Positions 1 to 13,530 of a stretch of DNA of 64,000 nucleotides are shown piece after piece. This DNA is from Eledone cirrhosa (lineage: Eukaryota). The notes under the pieces are model-generated. The model saw only the letters and a list, made by a program, of their open reading frames with translations, did no database searches and was not told the origin of the DNA. The DNA is taken from the NCBI GenBank assembly GCA_964016885.1, contig OZ024752.1:34782001-34846000 (forward strand), written 5' to 3'. Each line of letters starts with the position of its first letter. Within the stretch, counting starts at the first letter, position 1. The position numbers were made by a program, and so were the translations under genes.

Positions 1-70
1 GTCCATCAATGTGTGTATTAATGTATGTTTATTTATGTGTGTGTGTATCAGTGTGTGTATTAATGTATGT

Positions 71-140
<70 letters not shown>

Positions 141-151
141 TAATGTATGTT

Positions 152-188
<37 letters not shown>

Positions 189-233
189 ATGTGTGTGTAT
201 GTGTGTGTGTATCAGTGTGTATTAATGTATGTT

Positions 234-268
<35 letters not shown>

Positions 269-288
269 ATCAGTGTGTATTAATGTAT

Positions 289-354
<66 letters not shown>

Positions 355-540
355 CAGTGTGTATTAATGTATGTTTATATATATATATATCTGTGTGTGT
401 GTGTATGTGTGTGTATTAATGTATGTTTATATATATATGTGTGTGTGTATATATGTGTGTGCGTGTGTGTATCAGTGTGTGTGTATTAATGTGTTTATAT
501 ATATATGTGTGTGTGTGTGTATGTGTGTGTATTAATGTAT

Positions 541-598
<58 letters not shown>

Positions 599-814
599 AT
601 ATATGTGTGTGCGTGTATCAGTGTGTGTATTAATGTGTGTTTATATATATGTGTGTGTGTGTGTGTATCAGTGTGTGTATTAATGTGTTTATATATATAT
701 ATGTGTATGTGTGTGTATTAATGTATGTTTATATATATATATGTGTGTGTATATATGTGTGTGTGTGTATCAGTGTGTGTATTAATGTGTTTATATATAT
801 GTGTGTGTGTGTGT
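1..814. repeat. Compound (GT)n/(AT)n minisatellite
   Basis: Alternating GT and AT runs joined by the recurring spacer ATCAGTGTGTATTAATGTATGTTT. Confidence 0.95.
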
Positions 815-999
815 CATTGGCAATGGCAATTTGGAAAGATTACCAGATAGTGTCAAGGAAGAGTCAATTCGAATGTCAAGATGTTAGTTGATAGTAGTGA
901 AGCTCTAATACGTTATCTTACGAACATGACTCTACCCAGTTCCCTCGTCCATCTCTATCACCTCCGACAATGTCTGTTAATCCTGAGTCACTTTAAACT

Positions 1000-1390
1000 G
1001 AGACAGGTTTGCGGTCGTACCCTCAGCAGTAGAGCCTTCTGGTGTCCTTGGCCCTAGGGCTACCTCCCTACTCACCACCCATAGGCGCTGAGCTGGCCAG
1101 CAGCAGGTGTGAGCCTCGCGAGTTGGAATGGCTCTTCCAGCGCATCTCCTTTACCATACTCCGGGGAAAACGCCTTCTGTCTCCCATTCTGTCCGCCGGG
1201 GCTGTGGGGAGGCCAGCACGCGAGACCCCATTTGCTCACCATACGGAGAGATGGGGAAGGCGAGAGAGATGGAGGCGATGACAGTGGGAGTTCGGCTGTT
1301 CTTTCATGTTTACTTAGGTTACAATTGCATTGTGAAAGAGGTTGTGATAATCGCTGTAGTTATCCTGATTTTTGTATACATTATAAAACT
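1000..1390 (+). pseudogene. 3' remnant of a CRE-like non-LTR retrotransposon (restriction-like endonuclease C-terminus)
   Basis: Across two frameshifts it translates as FAVVPSAVEPSGVLGPRA...IGAELASSRCEPRELEWLFQRISFTILRG(N)A. This matches the F.P.AVET.G..G / L.QRIS..I.RGNA signature of CRE-clade RLE domains. Confidence 0.7.
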
Positions 1391-1451
1391 CTTTTTTTTT
1401 TTAAAGAACTGTTCCACTTGTCATTTAAATTGAGTAGTAAAGTAGTAAAGT

Positions 1452-1830
1452 GAAGGCGTGTGGCCTAGTGGTAAAGCTGTTGGACTTACGATCATAAAGT
1501 GGTTTTGAATCCTGGACTGGGTTGTGTGTTGTGGTCTTGAACAGAACACTTCCTTTCCCATTGATTCAGATCACTCCCAGGTCTGCTCTAACCCGGAGTA
1601 GCAGTACCTGTTAGAGCCCCATTTATGGGTTAAATACTTACCTTATTCGAGTGGCCCCGGTAAGGTATTACCAGCCATTGAAAAGAAAAAGAAAAAGAAT
1701 CAGTATACTCAGCAAAAAAAGGAGTACCAGTAGCTGTAGCTGGGAAGTTTAACCCTGCGATGGACAGGCGTTCTGTCCAGTGGGTTGGGGGGGGGGGAAA
1801 CCTTGTACTCTCAGTTGTTTCATGACAGTA
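1452..1830 (+). mobile_element. tRNA-derived SINE (CORE/Meta-like body), interrupted at about 1577-1700
   Basis: A-box TGGCCTAGTGG and B-box-like TTTGAATCC. Body motifs GTCTTGAACAGAACAC and AACCCTGCGATGGAC are shared with 6820-7025. Confidence 0.65.
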
Positions 1831-1831
1831 C

Positions 1832-1972
1832 GTTACTGGTACTTTATTTTATCGACCCCGCAATGATGAAAGGCAAAGCTAACCTCGGCAGGATTTGAAC
1901 TCAGAACGTAAAGAGACATAGCTCTATGCCGCGAAGCATAGTGTCCGGATTATTGCTAATCCACCACCCTCT
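1832..1972 (-). mobile_element. Nin/Deu-domain tRNA-derived SINE (partial)
   Basis: Reverse complement contains GAGTTCAAATCC (B-box) and the CTTTGCCTTTCATC..CGGGGTCGATAAAATAAAGTACC domain. About 10 copies occur in the window. Confidence 0.8.
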
Positions 1973-1987
1973 GAGCCGAATAAAATA

Positions 1988-2178
1988 ATTGTTTCTACTT
2001 TTGGCACAAGGCCAGCAATTACCCAGTGCATTACTGGTACTTTATTCTATCGACCCCGGAAGGATGAAAGGCAAAGTTAACCTCGGCGGGATTTGAACTC
2101 AGATCGTACAGGGAGGTAACTCTATGCCTCAAAGCATGGCATCCGATCCTCTACCGATACTGCCAATCCACTGCCTTT
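1988..2178 (-). mobile_element. Nin/Deu-domain tRNA-derived SINE
   Basis: Full copy with head GGCAGTGGATTGGCAG, B-box, Nin domain and tail GGCCTTGTGCCAAAAGTAGAAAC. Confidence 0.85.
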
Positions 2179-2478
2179 AAATAATAAATCCACCGAATAA
2201 AAAAAAAAGAAAAATATATATATAAGGATTTATTGTGTATTCTAAGAGAGGAATGGTAATTTAGAAGGTGTGTAACAGTTGTTGTTATCTGTTGCTAGCC
2301 AGAACATCAATGTTAAATTTAGATAACAAAAGGTGCTGACTACTTGCAGAGAATCCAGGACAAGATTCCGAGAAACTGACGAATGGAATCCCAACGTGAT
2401 TCAGAGAAGAAAAAAAAAAAAAAACTGAGGCAGTTGCAATATTGCTGTGAAATGTCAGTATCACTTCTTTATCAGTTA

Positions 2479-2830
2479 TACGAGGTATGCCGAAAAATAT
2501 ATCCGTCCTTAGGCTGCGGGGTGAAAAATGTGTACTTGGTGGCATCCAGTGACTAATCTTGCTAATCCCTTTCGAATTAGGCTCCTTGTGCCCCCCACAA
2601 ACTTAGGCCCAGCCATTCTTCGACAGTTGCCCGTCAGGAATGTTCTTTTTTTTTTTCCAGAATGACTCTCAACTATGCTGTCGTCAGCCGCATAATGTCC
2701 TCTCTCATCTCTGAAAACAGTCAGAAGAAGCCATGTTTGGAAAGTCGGAAGCCAGACGAATGAGTGAAATGCTTTTTGTCTTTATCAAGAAATCTTGGAT
2801 CAACTACGATGAATGAGTGGGTAGGAGTGG
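2479..2830 (-). mobile_element. Degenerate mariner transposon remnant
   Basis: Terminus TACGAGG. Minus-strand remnants LASDF..PNM (cf. YSPDLAPSDF) and GLARLV (cf. GI.KLV.RW) are broken by indels. Confidence 0.45.
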
Positions 2831-3616
2831 AAGGCAGGGGTTTGTTATAAACTACATCACTTCTTGATAGTACTCCTTTCTATGAAACTGTTTGTCTTCC
2901 TGGTGTGTACTCGTGATACACAACCTGTAAATGTCACACCTACTTTTTGTATGTTTATATTTCCATCCAACCCACATAACAGGAGAATAGGTTGACTGAG
3001 ATATGGACTAAACATTTTATACGATTGTAAGGAGGCAATGGCTTGACAGAGTCGTTAGAACGTCGGTGAGAATGCCTTGCGGTGTTCATCGCCCCTCCGT
3101 TTCTATGAGGAGTTGTGAACCCAAAGGGAAAAATCGGTGATTGTAAATGTTGCTAGCATTAGTGTTAGGGGAAGAATTAATGTTATGATTAGTGTTTTAG
3201 TTGGTATCATAATTAAGTTATAGTTGGAATTAGGTCTGGGGTTAAGCTTACCATTAAGGTTATTGTTAGTCATGACGATATCAAGGAGTGAGAGAATATT
3301 TGTTAAGAAAAGCACGCTTCTGAAACGGCTGACAAACAATAAGAAGCTGTGATATGTCAGCATTGGAGTTTCATAGGTCAACTAAGGAGTGAAATTTTGT
3401 TCGGTTCACCGATTAGGCTCGGATGGTAGCGATAAGAAGATGATGAGCTGGCACAGACAGTGCAATGGATTTTGAGAGAACGCCTAAATGGTAAGTAGCC
3501 ATGTCGGAAGTGCAACACATGCTTCCGGTGTTGCTGTTAGGTTCTAATTTGTTATCTTAAATTCTCAGATATCAGCAGAATTTCTCGTAAATGGCACGAT
3601 CGCTTTAGTTTTCAAG

Positions 3617-3659
<43 letters not shown>

Positions 3660-3664
3660 ATATA

Positions 3665-3741
<77 letters not shown>

Positions 3742-3860
3742 TATATATATGTGTATATATATATGTATATTATTGGCAACATGACCCTCCCAAAGTATAA
3801 CAATATCGGTTTCAACACACGATTTCAGATAAAGAATCTTGCTAAACAAATTCAGAAACG

Positions 3861-3994
<134 letters not shown>

Positions 3995-4342
3995 AGGATG
4001 AATATAAAATGAAAGTGCTTTTTTTAAAAAAGGAATTTATTAGGTATTGACATATGTTTCTGTAACAGACGGAATACCTATGTATCGCTGCTTGCGTAAT
4101 CATATAATGTTAGCAAGTATTCGATAGCAAATGTATAATCAGTTGTCACTTCTTCAGAGATTTTGGATAAATTGGATAAAATCAGAAAAATTGAAGTATT
4201 TATATTAGTAAAAGAGGAAGAAACAGAGGGGATAGTATATGACAGATGGTAAATTAATTTATATATATATCATGGAAGTACTCAATACATGGGAGGATAC
4301 AGAGTGTGATATAAAGATATATATATATATATATATATATAT

Positions 4343-4510
4343 GGTAATACAAACTTGGTATAAATATCCAAGGGTTCAGAGCACTCAATCCGTGGGGCGA
4401 GTTAGGTAAAATCAGTTACAACTCCATCACAAAATGGCTGTCTAAATGAGTTGATGTTAAACCCAACGAAACTTAAGTATCTACGTAAGCCTACTGTTGT
4501 AACTGATTAT
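4343..4510. mobile_element. Penelope-like terminus with tail motif, 13-bp inverted arms and degenerate hammerhead
   Basis: GCACTCAA at 4381. Inverted repeat AATCAGTTACAAC/GTTGTAACTGATT. Plus strand reads CTAAATGA-GTTG..CAAC-GAAA-CTTAAG-TA. Flanked by TA-rich repeats. Confidence 0.55.
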
Positions 4511-4561
4511 ATAGGCATAAACATACATATACATATACGAGTACATATATATATATATATA

Positions 4562-4777
4562 TAGGAACGATCGACGTTCGTCAAATCGGACCGAGGGAAC
4601 AATGTTTCCATTGGTCTTTGCAATTGCTAATACTATCTATCGGTTGCAACTCCAGGTAGAAGGAGCAACGTGAAATAAAGTGTCTTGCTCAAGGACATAA
4701 CGCATCGCCTGGTCCAGGAATCGAACTCACAACCTTACGATTGCGAATCCAATTCTCTAACCACTCAGCCACACGCC

Positions 4778-4778
<1 letters not shown>
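4562..4778 (-). mobile_element. tRNA(Arg)-like-derived CORE-type SINE
   Basis: Reverse complement GGCGTGTGGCTGAGTGG...TTCGC...GAGTTCGATTCC, followed by TGTCCTTGAGCAAGACACTTT. A near-identical copy lies at 12329-12546. Confidence 0.85.
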
Positions 4779-4847
<69 letters not shown>

Positions 4848-4851
<4 letters not shown>

Positions 4852-4918
4852 GTCGTCAAGTATGCCATTTGTAGATATTTGGGATTTTTTTCTACAAATT
4901 TCATACTTGACGACCCAA
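4848..4918. mobile_element. 71-bp mariner-type MITE (TIR pair only)
   Basis: TTGGGTCGTCAAGTATG..ATTTGTAGA / TCTACAAAT..CATACTTGACGACCCAA, flanked by TA. CAAGTATGAAAT resembles the Mos1 TIR. Confidence 0.75.
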
Positions 4919-4926
4919 TACATACA

Positions 4927-4959
<33 letters not shown>

Positions 4960-5091
4960 GCGTGTGTGTGTCTGTGTCTGTCTGTGTTCTGTGTTTGTGT
5001 ATATCTTTTATAATTGTAGTAACATCTTTCTTCTAAGTATTTCTCTTCTTGTCTTGTACTGTTTCTTTTGAGTATATATATATATATATAT

Positions 5092-5386
<295 letters not shown>

Positions 5387-5425
5387 ATATACATATATAT
5401 TTATATATATATATATATATATATA

Positions 5426-5625
5426 CGTTATTCCGGGTTGAATCGGAGGTAACCACAGTAAGTAAGGTACTCAATACATAGCAGAGTATAACAGTTTTAA
5501 TATAGATGAGATTCTACAGGACTAGAACTGTTTCATTCATTAGAAATCATCAGGAATCTGATTCCTGATGATTTCTAATGAATGAAACAGTTCTAGTCCT
5601 GTAGAATCTCATCTATATTAAAACT
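5426..5625. mobile_element. Fold-back Penelope-like insert, family A
   Basis: Perfect 66-bp arms (5493-5558 / 5560-5625) with a 1-nt spacer, a 67-bp unpaired tail containing GTACTCAA, and (TA)n flanks. Confidence 0.75.
5560..5608 (+). ncRNA. Type I hammerhead ribozyme (mirrored on minus strand)
   Basis: GATTC-CTGATGA-tTTCtaatGAAt-GAAA-CAG ttctagtc CTG-TA-GAATC. The core is intact, stems I and III pair, and the cleavage triplet is GUA. Confidence 0.75.
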
Positions 5626-5628
5626 ATC

Positions 5629-5679
<51 letters not shown>

Positions 5680-6361
5680 TATATATACTGTTTATTTGTT
5701 TGTTTTGTTTTATAGCAAATAAAGAAGGAATTACTATCACCCCCACCCCACCCCACCACCACCCACCCCACACACACAAACACCCCACCCCACCCCACCC
5801 CGCATCACCTCACCCACCATACCCCAGCCCCAGACCCAACCCCCCTCTGTAAATCTCTAATTCTCTAATAGACCAATTATTATTTGCTTAGCATTGATGA
5901 AGGAGTTTGTGATTAAGTAATCAAACAAGCAGAGCTTTTCAGATGATAACGTGATTACTTTCTTCTTGTTTTATTATCCGGGTCACTACTGGTCAATGCA
6001 ATCATACCGGTTAACGGTTGATATCTTGTAACTGTGCTTACGTACAACCATGCCGGTTAACGGGGATATCTTGTAACCGTGCTTACATACAGAAAATCAC
6101 AACGTTTCATAAAGATTTAATGATAAAACACAAGTTGCAAACAAAGATAGCATTCCACAGCTAAACTGTTTAGGTCTTGAATGACACTCTAATCTATATA
6201 TATATATATATATGTGTATGTGTGTGTGTGAGTGTACATATATATATATATATATATACATATATACACATATACATACATGTATATATATATATGACTT
6301 TTTTTCTATCTTTGTCTCACACACACACACTCACTCTCTCTATATATCTCTCGCCCTCTCT

Positions 6362-6395
<34 letters not shown>

Positions 6396-6819
6396 TACAC
6401 ATGCATTCACATACACGCGTTCACACACATGTTTAAAAACACACTCATACACTCACATACAGAACACACATGCAATTATACCCCCCCCCCCCCCCCCCCC
6501 CACCACCACCACCACCACCACCACCACCACCACCACCAAAAAAAAAATCACAGATGGGAAATACAACCCTATCACTCCAAGTGTTTCTCACATACACACA
6601 TAGACATATATTTACTGTTTAGTCGGGGAGGGAAGGACTGCGTCTATTATCCTTTTGGGCTTTTTTTTTTTCAGGGCCTTCGAAACTAGTGAGAGGAAAG
6701 ACGGGGACTTGGCCGAAATATTTACAACAGAAAAATCCCTGCTAAAGGCCTAATCAAGGACAAGGTTGTGGTGTTAAACAGGCAACAGATTAAGTTTTTA
6801 CTCTTGTATACACATATAA

Positions 6820-7025
6820 TGCGGTTCCTGGGTTGCGTGTTGTCTTCTTGAGCAAAACACTTCATTTCACGTTGCTCCAGTATACTCAGCTGAAAATGAG
6901 TACCAGCAATAGCTAGGGGTTTAACCCTGCGATGGACTGGCGTACTCACAGTCTCTTCACGCCATGAAACCGGGATAAGCAGCGGTCAAATGAGCCTTCT
7001 GGCTTAAGACAGGCTTTAGACTTTA
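6820..7025 (+). mobile_element. 5'-truncated CORE/Meta-like SINE
   Basis: CTTGAGCAAAACACTT...AACCCTGCGATGGACTGGCG...ATGAAACCGGGATAAGC; homologous to 1452-1830. Confidence 0.65.
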
Positions 7026-7039
7026 GATACATATATAAT

Positions 7040-7259
7040 GGTTTCTGATTTAAGCACAAGGCCAACAATTTTAGGAGAGGGAGAAAGTCGATTAAATCGA
7101 CCCAAGTACATTACTGGTGCTTTATTTTATCGTGCCTTGTAAGGATGAAAAGCAAAAGTAACCTCAGCAGGATTTGAACTCAGTACGTAAAGGGCAGTAA
7201 CTAGTGTATATATCGCAAAGCATGTTGTCCAACATCCTACCGAAACTGCCAATCCACCA
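7040..7259 (-). mobile_element. Nin-domain SINE (diverged)
   Basis: Homologous to 1988-2178. Confidence 0.75.
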
Positions 7260-7291
7260 TTTATACATATACATATATATATATATGCTCT

Positions 7292-7342
<51 letters not shown>

Positions 7343-7424
7343 TCCCTCTCTCCACCATTCATATATATATAGAAGCTTTCCCTCTCTCTCTCTCTCTCCA
7401 CCATTCATATATATATAGAAGCTT

Positions 7425-7465
<41 letters not shown>

Positions 7466-7494
7466 CTCTCTCTCTCTCCACCATTCATATATAT

Positions 7495-7540
7495 GTATTT
7501 GTCCCTCTCTTTTGTGCCCCTGTGGCTAATAAAGAAACAT
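7495..7540 (+). mobile_element. 46-bp 3' stub of the GATA-targeting Tx1 family
   Basis: GTATTTGTCCC..TTTTGTGCCCCTGTGGCTAATAAAGAAACAT matches the reverse complement of 40833-40880. Confidence 0.75.
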
Positions 7541-7602
7541 ATTTATCTCTCAATCCACGATTCATATATATATGTAGATGCTTTATCTCTCCCTATCTCA
7601 AC

Positions 7603-7656
<54 letters not shown>

Positions 7657-8338
7657 CGTTCTCGCATTCTATTGCCCTCTCACTCTCACCCCAAATGCAC
7701 ACAGTCCCAGCCACAGACAGCCAATAAATAAAACTATAACCACCACATACATACACTCTAGAAGATATTTTACTGATAATGATTTGAGTCAGAGAGAGAG
7801 AGGGAGAAACTAGGAAGAGAAAAAGGAAGATATATGTGGTCAAAGAAGTTGAATTAAGATTACAAATGGCAATATGGCAGACGACAACACACGAAAGTGA
7901 ATAGTTTAGTGTGAGAAACAGCAAGTTTGTGTATGCAATAAGTTAATACGTTTTTAGTGAAATTTGACGCCCACAACTATTGTGCTGTTTTTCAACAATA
8001 TTTTTTTTTTTTTTTTAACTAGAAACATCTGCTAAGTGACACTTCAGTTATGCACACACACACACTCACACACACTCACACACACACACGCACACATACA
8101 CACTCACACGCATATATATATATATATATATATATATACATGCATATCTCTCTCTCTCTATATATATATATATATACATATATATATACCTATATAAATA
8201 TATATATATATACATATATATATACCTATATAAATATATATATATATATATATATACATAAATATATATACATACATAAATATATATATATACATACATA
8301 AATATATATATATACATACATATATATATATACATAAG

Positions 8339-8372
<34 letters not shown>

Positions 8373-8611
8373 CATATATATACACATATACATATATATA
8401 CATATATATACATATATATACATTTATATATATATACACACACATACATATATAAAGAAAAAAAAAGAGAAAGAGAGAGACATATGAATACATATGGTTA
8501 TATATATATATATGTGTGTGTATATGCATCCATATAAACAAAAGTATACATTCATTCATTCATTGAGCTATATGCTATACAAACACTCACGCATCATCTC
8601 TCTCTCTCTCT

Positions 8612-8696
<85 letters not shown>

Positions 8697-8894
8697 ATAT
8701 ATATGTATGTATGTATATATATACATATGCATATGACGTGCACATTTACTGATTTAAGAATCTGTGGTTACGAAGTGCGCCGAGCAATTACTTGATTCCG
8801 AAGTTGATCCCACTGCGCAGCACATTGTCTAAGTGTTTATTATAATCTCAGTGGAACTAAACCCCTGTGATATATATATATATATATATATATA

Positions 8895-9019
<125 letters not shown>

Positions 9020-9094
9020 GGCAAACAGAAATAACAAAGCAAACTACACAGTACAATGAAGAAATATATTAGTTTTACGCTTGATGTAGTAGGA

Positions 9095-9140
<46 letters not shown>

Positions 9141-9143
<3 letters not shown>

Positions 9144-9320
9144 TCTACGTTTGGCACAAGGCCAGCAATTACCCAGTGCATTACTGGTACTTTATTTTAT
9201 CGACCCCGTAAGGATGAAAGGCAAAGTTAACCTCGGCGGAATTTGAACTCATAATGGCAAGGGTCGTAACGTCAAATATGGCGTCCGACCCTCTACCAAT
9301 ACTGCCAATCCACCGCCCTT
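9141..9320 (-). mobile_element. Nin-domain SINE
   Basis: Homologous to 1988-2178. Confidence 0.85.
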
Positions 9321-9325
9321 TCCAC

Positions 9326-9386
<61 letters not shown>

Positions 9387-9572
9387 TGTTTATCCCGGGT
9401 TCAATCGGGGTAACCACAGTAAGTAAGGTACTCAATACATAGCAGAGTATAAATATTTACAGGATTAGAACTGTTTCATTCGGGAGAAATCATCAGGAAG
9501 CCCATCATGATTTCTCCCGGCTTCCTGATTATTTCTCTCGAATGAAACAGTTCTAGTCCTGTACAAGCCATT
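9387..9572. mobile_element. Fold-back Penelope-like insert, family A copy 2, with hammerhead
   Basis: Same tail as 5426. Arms at about 9458-9502 / 9519-9563. Minus strand reads GGCTTC-CTGATGA-...-GAAA-CAG..CTG-TA. The plus copy carries CTGATTA. Confidence 0.75.
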
Positions 9573-9608
9573 TATATATCTATATATCTATATATATATA
9601 TATATATA

Positions 9609-9807
9609 ACGAAGGAAATGTGGTAAGGAACCAGGTGGACCATAACGCACCAAAGTACTCAATACTTGAGGTAGTAGAGTGGGTAATAGGGACCAGTAAG
9701 ACCCCGACAGCTGAGCTCAAGCCGTTTCGACGGCTAATTCTGGGCTGAATTCAGCCCAGAATTAGCCGTCGAAACGGCTTGAGCTCAGCTGTCGGGGTCT
9801 TACTGGT

Positions 9808-9813
<6 letters not shown>
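9609..9813. mobile_element. Fold-back Penelope-like insert, family B
   Basis: Perfect 64-bp arms with no spacer (centre GAA|TTC at 9749/9750) and a 77-bp tail containing GTACTCAA. Retains GAAA-CGGCT tgagctc AGCTG-TC, the 3' half of a hammerhead. Confidence 0.7.
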
Positions 9814-9885
<72 letters not shown>

Positions 9886-10396
9886 ATGAGAAGAAAGAAG
9901 AATGCTGCGTGGTTGCACATGGGTTACATATGATAAAAATAGTCCTTCGTCAGTGATTTGCCAACCATCATTGATATTTCATCGCATTAAAAATCATATA
10001 CCTCAGGTTGGTGCGAGCAATAGCTAAATAAAGCTATTGGGACAAGTAAATCATATATATATATATATATATATTCCATCTATATCAAGCGTTAAACTAA
10101 TATATTCTTCATTGTACTGTGTCGTTTGCTGTGTTATTTTTGTTTAATTTTTGCTCTTAAATATCAGTGGAATTCTATAAGAATCCAGCTTCTATAAGTC
10201 TCGACGGAAGCGAAGGGATGTGCAATCTTGATAACCGCTAATGAGCGAGAATTGGCCATCGGTTGTTTCCCTTTGTTTTCGCCGAGACTAAGTAAATGAC
10301 ATAGTCACTACTTTAAAACTCATAGCGAATGGTCTTCAAAATGCTTTTAAATAAACATACAGTATATTATGAAATATACTATACATACATTTATAT

Positions 10397-10428
<32 letters not shown>

Positions 10429-10429
<1 letters not shown>

Positions 10430-10838
10430 ACCAAAAGTTAAACAAGGTTCATTGATTAATCAATGAATATAGTTTTACAATAGATTAGAAGCACTCAACA
10501 GTTGGTTTTCTGGAGTTATTAATATTAATTCAAAATATTAATAAATATAGACATTCATGTAATCAAATATATTTTATTATATTTATTTCGGAGGTACTGT
10601 GCTGTTTCCTCAGTACGTCCTCATCAGATAAAATATATAAATTGATGTATGACATACCTCAAATGTGCTCAAGACTGGAATTGAACCATCAGCACAGTTG
10701 AGGTATGTCATACATCAATTTATATATTTTATCTGATGAGGGCGTATTGAGGAAACAGCACAGTACCTCCGAAATATATATAATAAAATATATTTGATTA
10801 CATGAATGTCTATATTTATTAATATTTTGAATTAATAT
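10429..10838. mobile_element. Fold-back Penelope-like insert, family C
   Basis: Arms of about 148 bp (10522-10669 / 10691-10838), a 21-bp spacer, and a 93-bp tail containing GCACTCAA. Confidence 0.75.
10722..10793 (+). ncRNA. Type I hammerhead ribozyme (second copy on minus strand, 10568-10638)
   Basis: ATATATTTTAT-CTGATGA-GGGcGTATTG..CAGTACcTCC-GAAA-TATATA-TA-ATAAAATATAT. It has an 11-bp stem I and a palindromic loop 3. Stem II differences between the two arms are G-U/Watson-Crick conservative. Confidence 0.8.
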
Positions 10839-10885
10839 ATATATATATATAAGAATTAAAATACTAGAGTGTGTTGGCTTGTATT

Positions 10886-10981
10886 GGCCGATGGTGCTTC
10901 TTATAGCTTTAATTGCCCTGATGAGTCCTTAATAGGACGAAACATTGGTTGCTAATAAAGACTTTTGATGTATTGAAGGCT
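10886..10981 (+). ncRNA. Hammerhead ribozyme core (topology ambiguous)
   Basis: CTGATGA-GTCCT taat AGGAC-GAAA-CATTGG at 10918-10948. Stem III can pair with TTGATG-TA (10965-10972) or with upstream GGCCGATG. Stem I is imperfect. Confidence 0.6.
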
Positions 10982-10997
10982 TATTTGGTTTATTTTC

Positions 10998-11081
<84 letters not shown>

Positions 11082-11610
11082 AGCAGCAGTAGCTCATACT
11101 TGCTGTAGCTACCATTCTTCAGTTCATCAGGGATTGTTGATCCACTCAATTTGTTACGTCCAAGTATGTTAAGCTTCGAGTCATAATATGGCACAAAAAC
11201 AATTAACAAACACATCTAAAACCTGAACTAAATTTTTACTTTTGACACATATTTGTGATTTGCGAGAGTCTGGCACATCTGACGTAGTACGAAGTATATT
11301 TCTAAAAAACGGTCACGGATGGAATGTTTTCGATCATAGGTATGTTCTATTATGATGGACCAATCATTCTTAGTAAAGGTTTTCACAAGTAACCACATTC
11401 ACCTCGTTCAGAGTCCATATATTGCGCTTAAATAGAGTCTATTTGAACTTCTGACATATAGTTTCTTATGAGAGAAGCTGGGCTCTTCTAACTGCAATGC
11501 AATTGCACTCAAAGTTTGATCCAGGCATTTACAAAATACCGAAATATTCAATGTTGTTTTGAGAGATTACTCATTACAAGTATAATTTCGAGAGTAAGTA
11601 TACATTCTTC

Positions 11611-12314
<704 letters not shown>

Positions 12315-12328
12315 TATATATGAAGTAA

Positions 12329-12546
12329 AGGCGTGTGGCTGAGTGGTTAGAGAATTGGATTAAGGTTGTGAGTAAGGTTGTGAGTTCGATTCCTGGGGGC
12401 CGATGCGTTATGTCCTTGAGCAAGACACTTTATTTCACGTTGCTCCTTCTACCTGGAGTTGCGACCGATAGATAGTATTAGCAATTGGAAAGACCAACGG
12501 AAACATTGTTCCCTCGGTCCGATTTGACGAAAGTCGATCGTTCCTA
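12329..12546 (+). mobile_element. tRNA-derived CORE-type SINE
   Basis: Inverted copy of 4562-4778. Confidence 0.85.
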
Positions 12547-12565
12547 TATATATATATATATATAA

Positions 12566-12901
12566 TGTAGGAGGTGAGTTTTATTGTAGTACAATAAAGC
12601 AATGCAGATATCGGATAAGAAGCACTCTACAATTTGTAGGACTGGAGTATACATAATATATAAGAACAAAAGATGGTTAAAAGAGTTCCATGTATTTTAT
12701 TATGCGCATTTCAAAAACAAATATCATCATGCAATAATATTTGTTGATTTAAAACTGCACTATCCACAAGTGTTTTTTAACCTTCATATCATGTCTTCCT
12801 GTTTTATCTGATGAAAACACAAATATTATTGCATGATGATATTTGTTTTTGAAATGCGCATAATAAAATACATGGAACTCTTTTAACCATCTTTTGATCT
12901 T

Positions 12902-12904
<3 letters not shown>
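12566..12904. mobile_element. Fold-back Penelope-like insert, family E
   Basis: 86-bp arms (12659-12744 / 12819-12904) and a 93-bp tail containing GCACTCTA, within (TA)n. Confidence 0.75.
12800..12870 (+). ncRNA. Type I hammerhead ribozyme
   Basis: TGTTTTAT-CTGATGA-AAAcACAAATATTA..TGATATTTGTtTTT-GAAA-TGCGCA-TA-ATAAAATA, with palindromic loop 3 (TGCGCA). Confidence 0.82.
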
Positions 12905-12969
<65 letters not shown>

Positions 12970-12972
<3 letters not shown>

Positions 12973-13115
12973 ATGTAGAAAAGTGATACCAGGTGGACCA
13001 TAACGCGCTAGAGTACTCAATACTTAGGGTGGTAGAGTGGGTAATGGGAAAAGAGTCAGGACCTCGACAGCTGTCTAATAAATTCCTTTCGTCGCAACTA
13101 TCTTTTTTCTGTGAT
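12970..13115 (-). mobile_element. Family B-related terminus (tail only)
   Basis: CCAGGTGGACCATAACGC..GTACTCAATACTTAGGGT is shared with 9609 and 13775. Confidence 0.65.
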
Positions 13116-13128
13116 ATGTATATATATA

Positions 13129-13160
<32 letters not shown>

Positions 13161-13162
<2 letters not shown>

Positions 13163-13530
13163 CGATATTAATAAATGGAAACTATATTTATAAAAGCATA
13201 TTTATTTCATTATACATATTTCAGGGATACCAAATTAAATTATGGTATGCCTTCATCAGACAAAATACAATATATAACAGTTTTACAAATAAGCTTTGAC
13301 GTACCCTATTAAAATGCAACCATTGTTTTTGGAAGTCATCCGGATAGTGATTTGTTTATATTACTTTAATAAGTCATAGTGTTAAGGACAATTAGAAAAA
13401 GACGAAGAGAAAGAAAAAGACGGAGAGAAAGAAAAAAACGTGGAGAAATATCGGAGAGAGAGAGATGCATGGAGAAAAAGAAAGAGATAAGTAAAGACAG
13501 GAGGAAAGGAAGAAAGAAGAAAAAAGGAAG

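Noticed and set aside
2335-2400. Possible terminal exon (CTGAC..TTGCAG|AG NPGQDSEKLTNGIPT*)
   Set aside because: Too short, with no recognisable homology or partner exons in the window.
3160-3270. Telomere-like TTAGGG tract
   Set aside because: Highly degenerate, with no tandem perfect units.
4700-4778. tRNA gene
   Set aside because: The tRNA-like head continues into a SINE body and recurs as a dispersed repeat; the acceptor stem is not intact.
9755-9797. Novel hammerhead core variant CAGAATTA in family B
   Set aside because: More simply explained by the inversion breakpoint truncating the ribozyme inside stem II, which removes the true CUGANGA.
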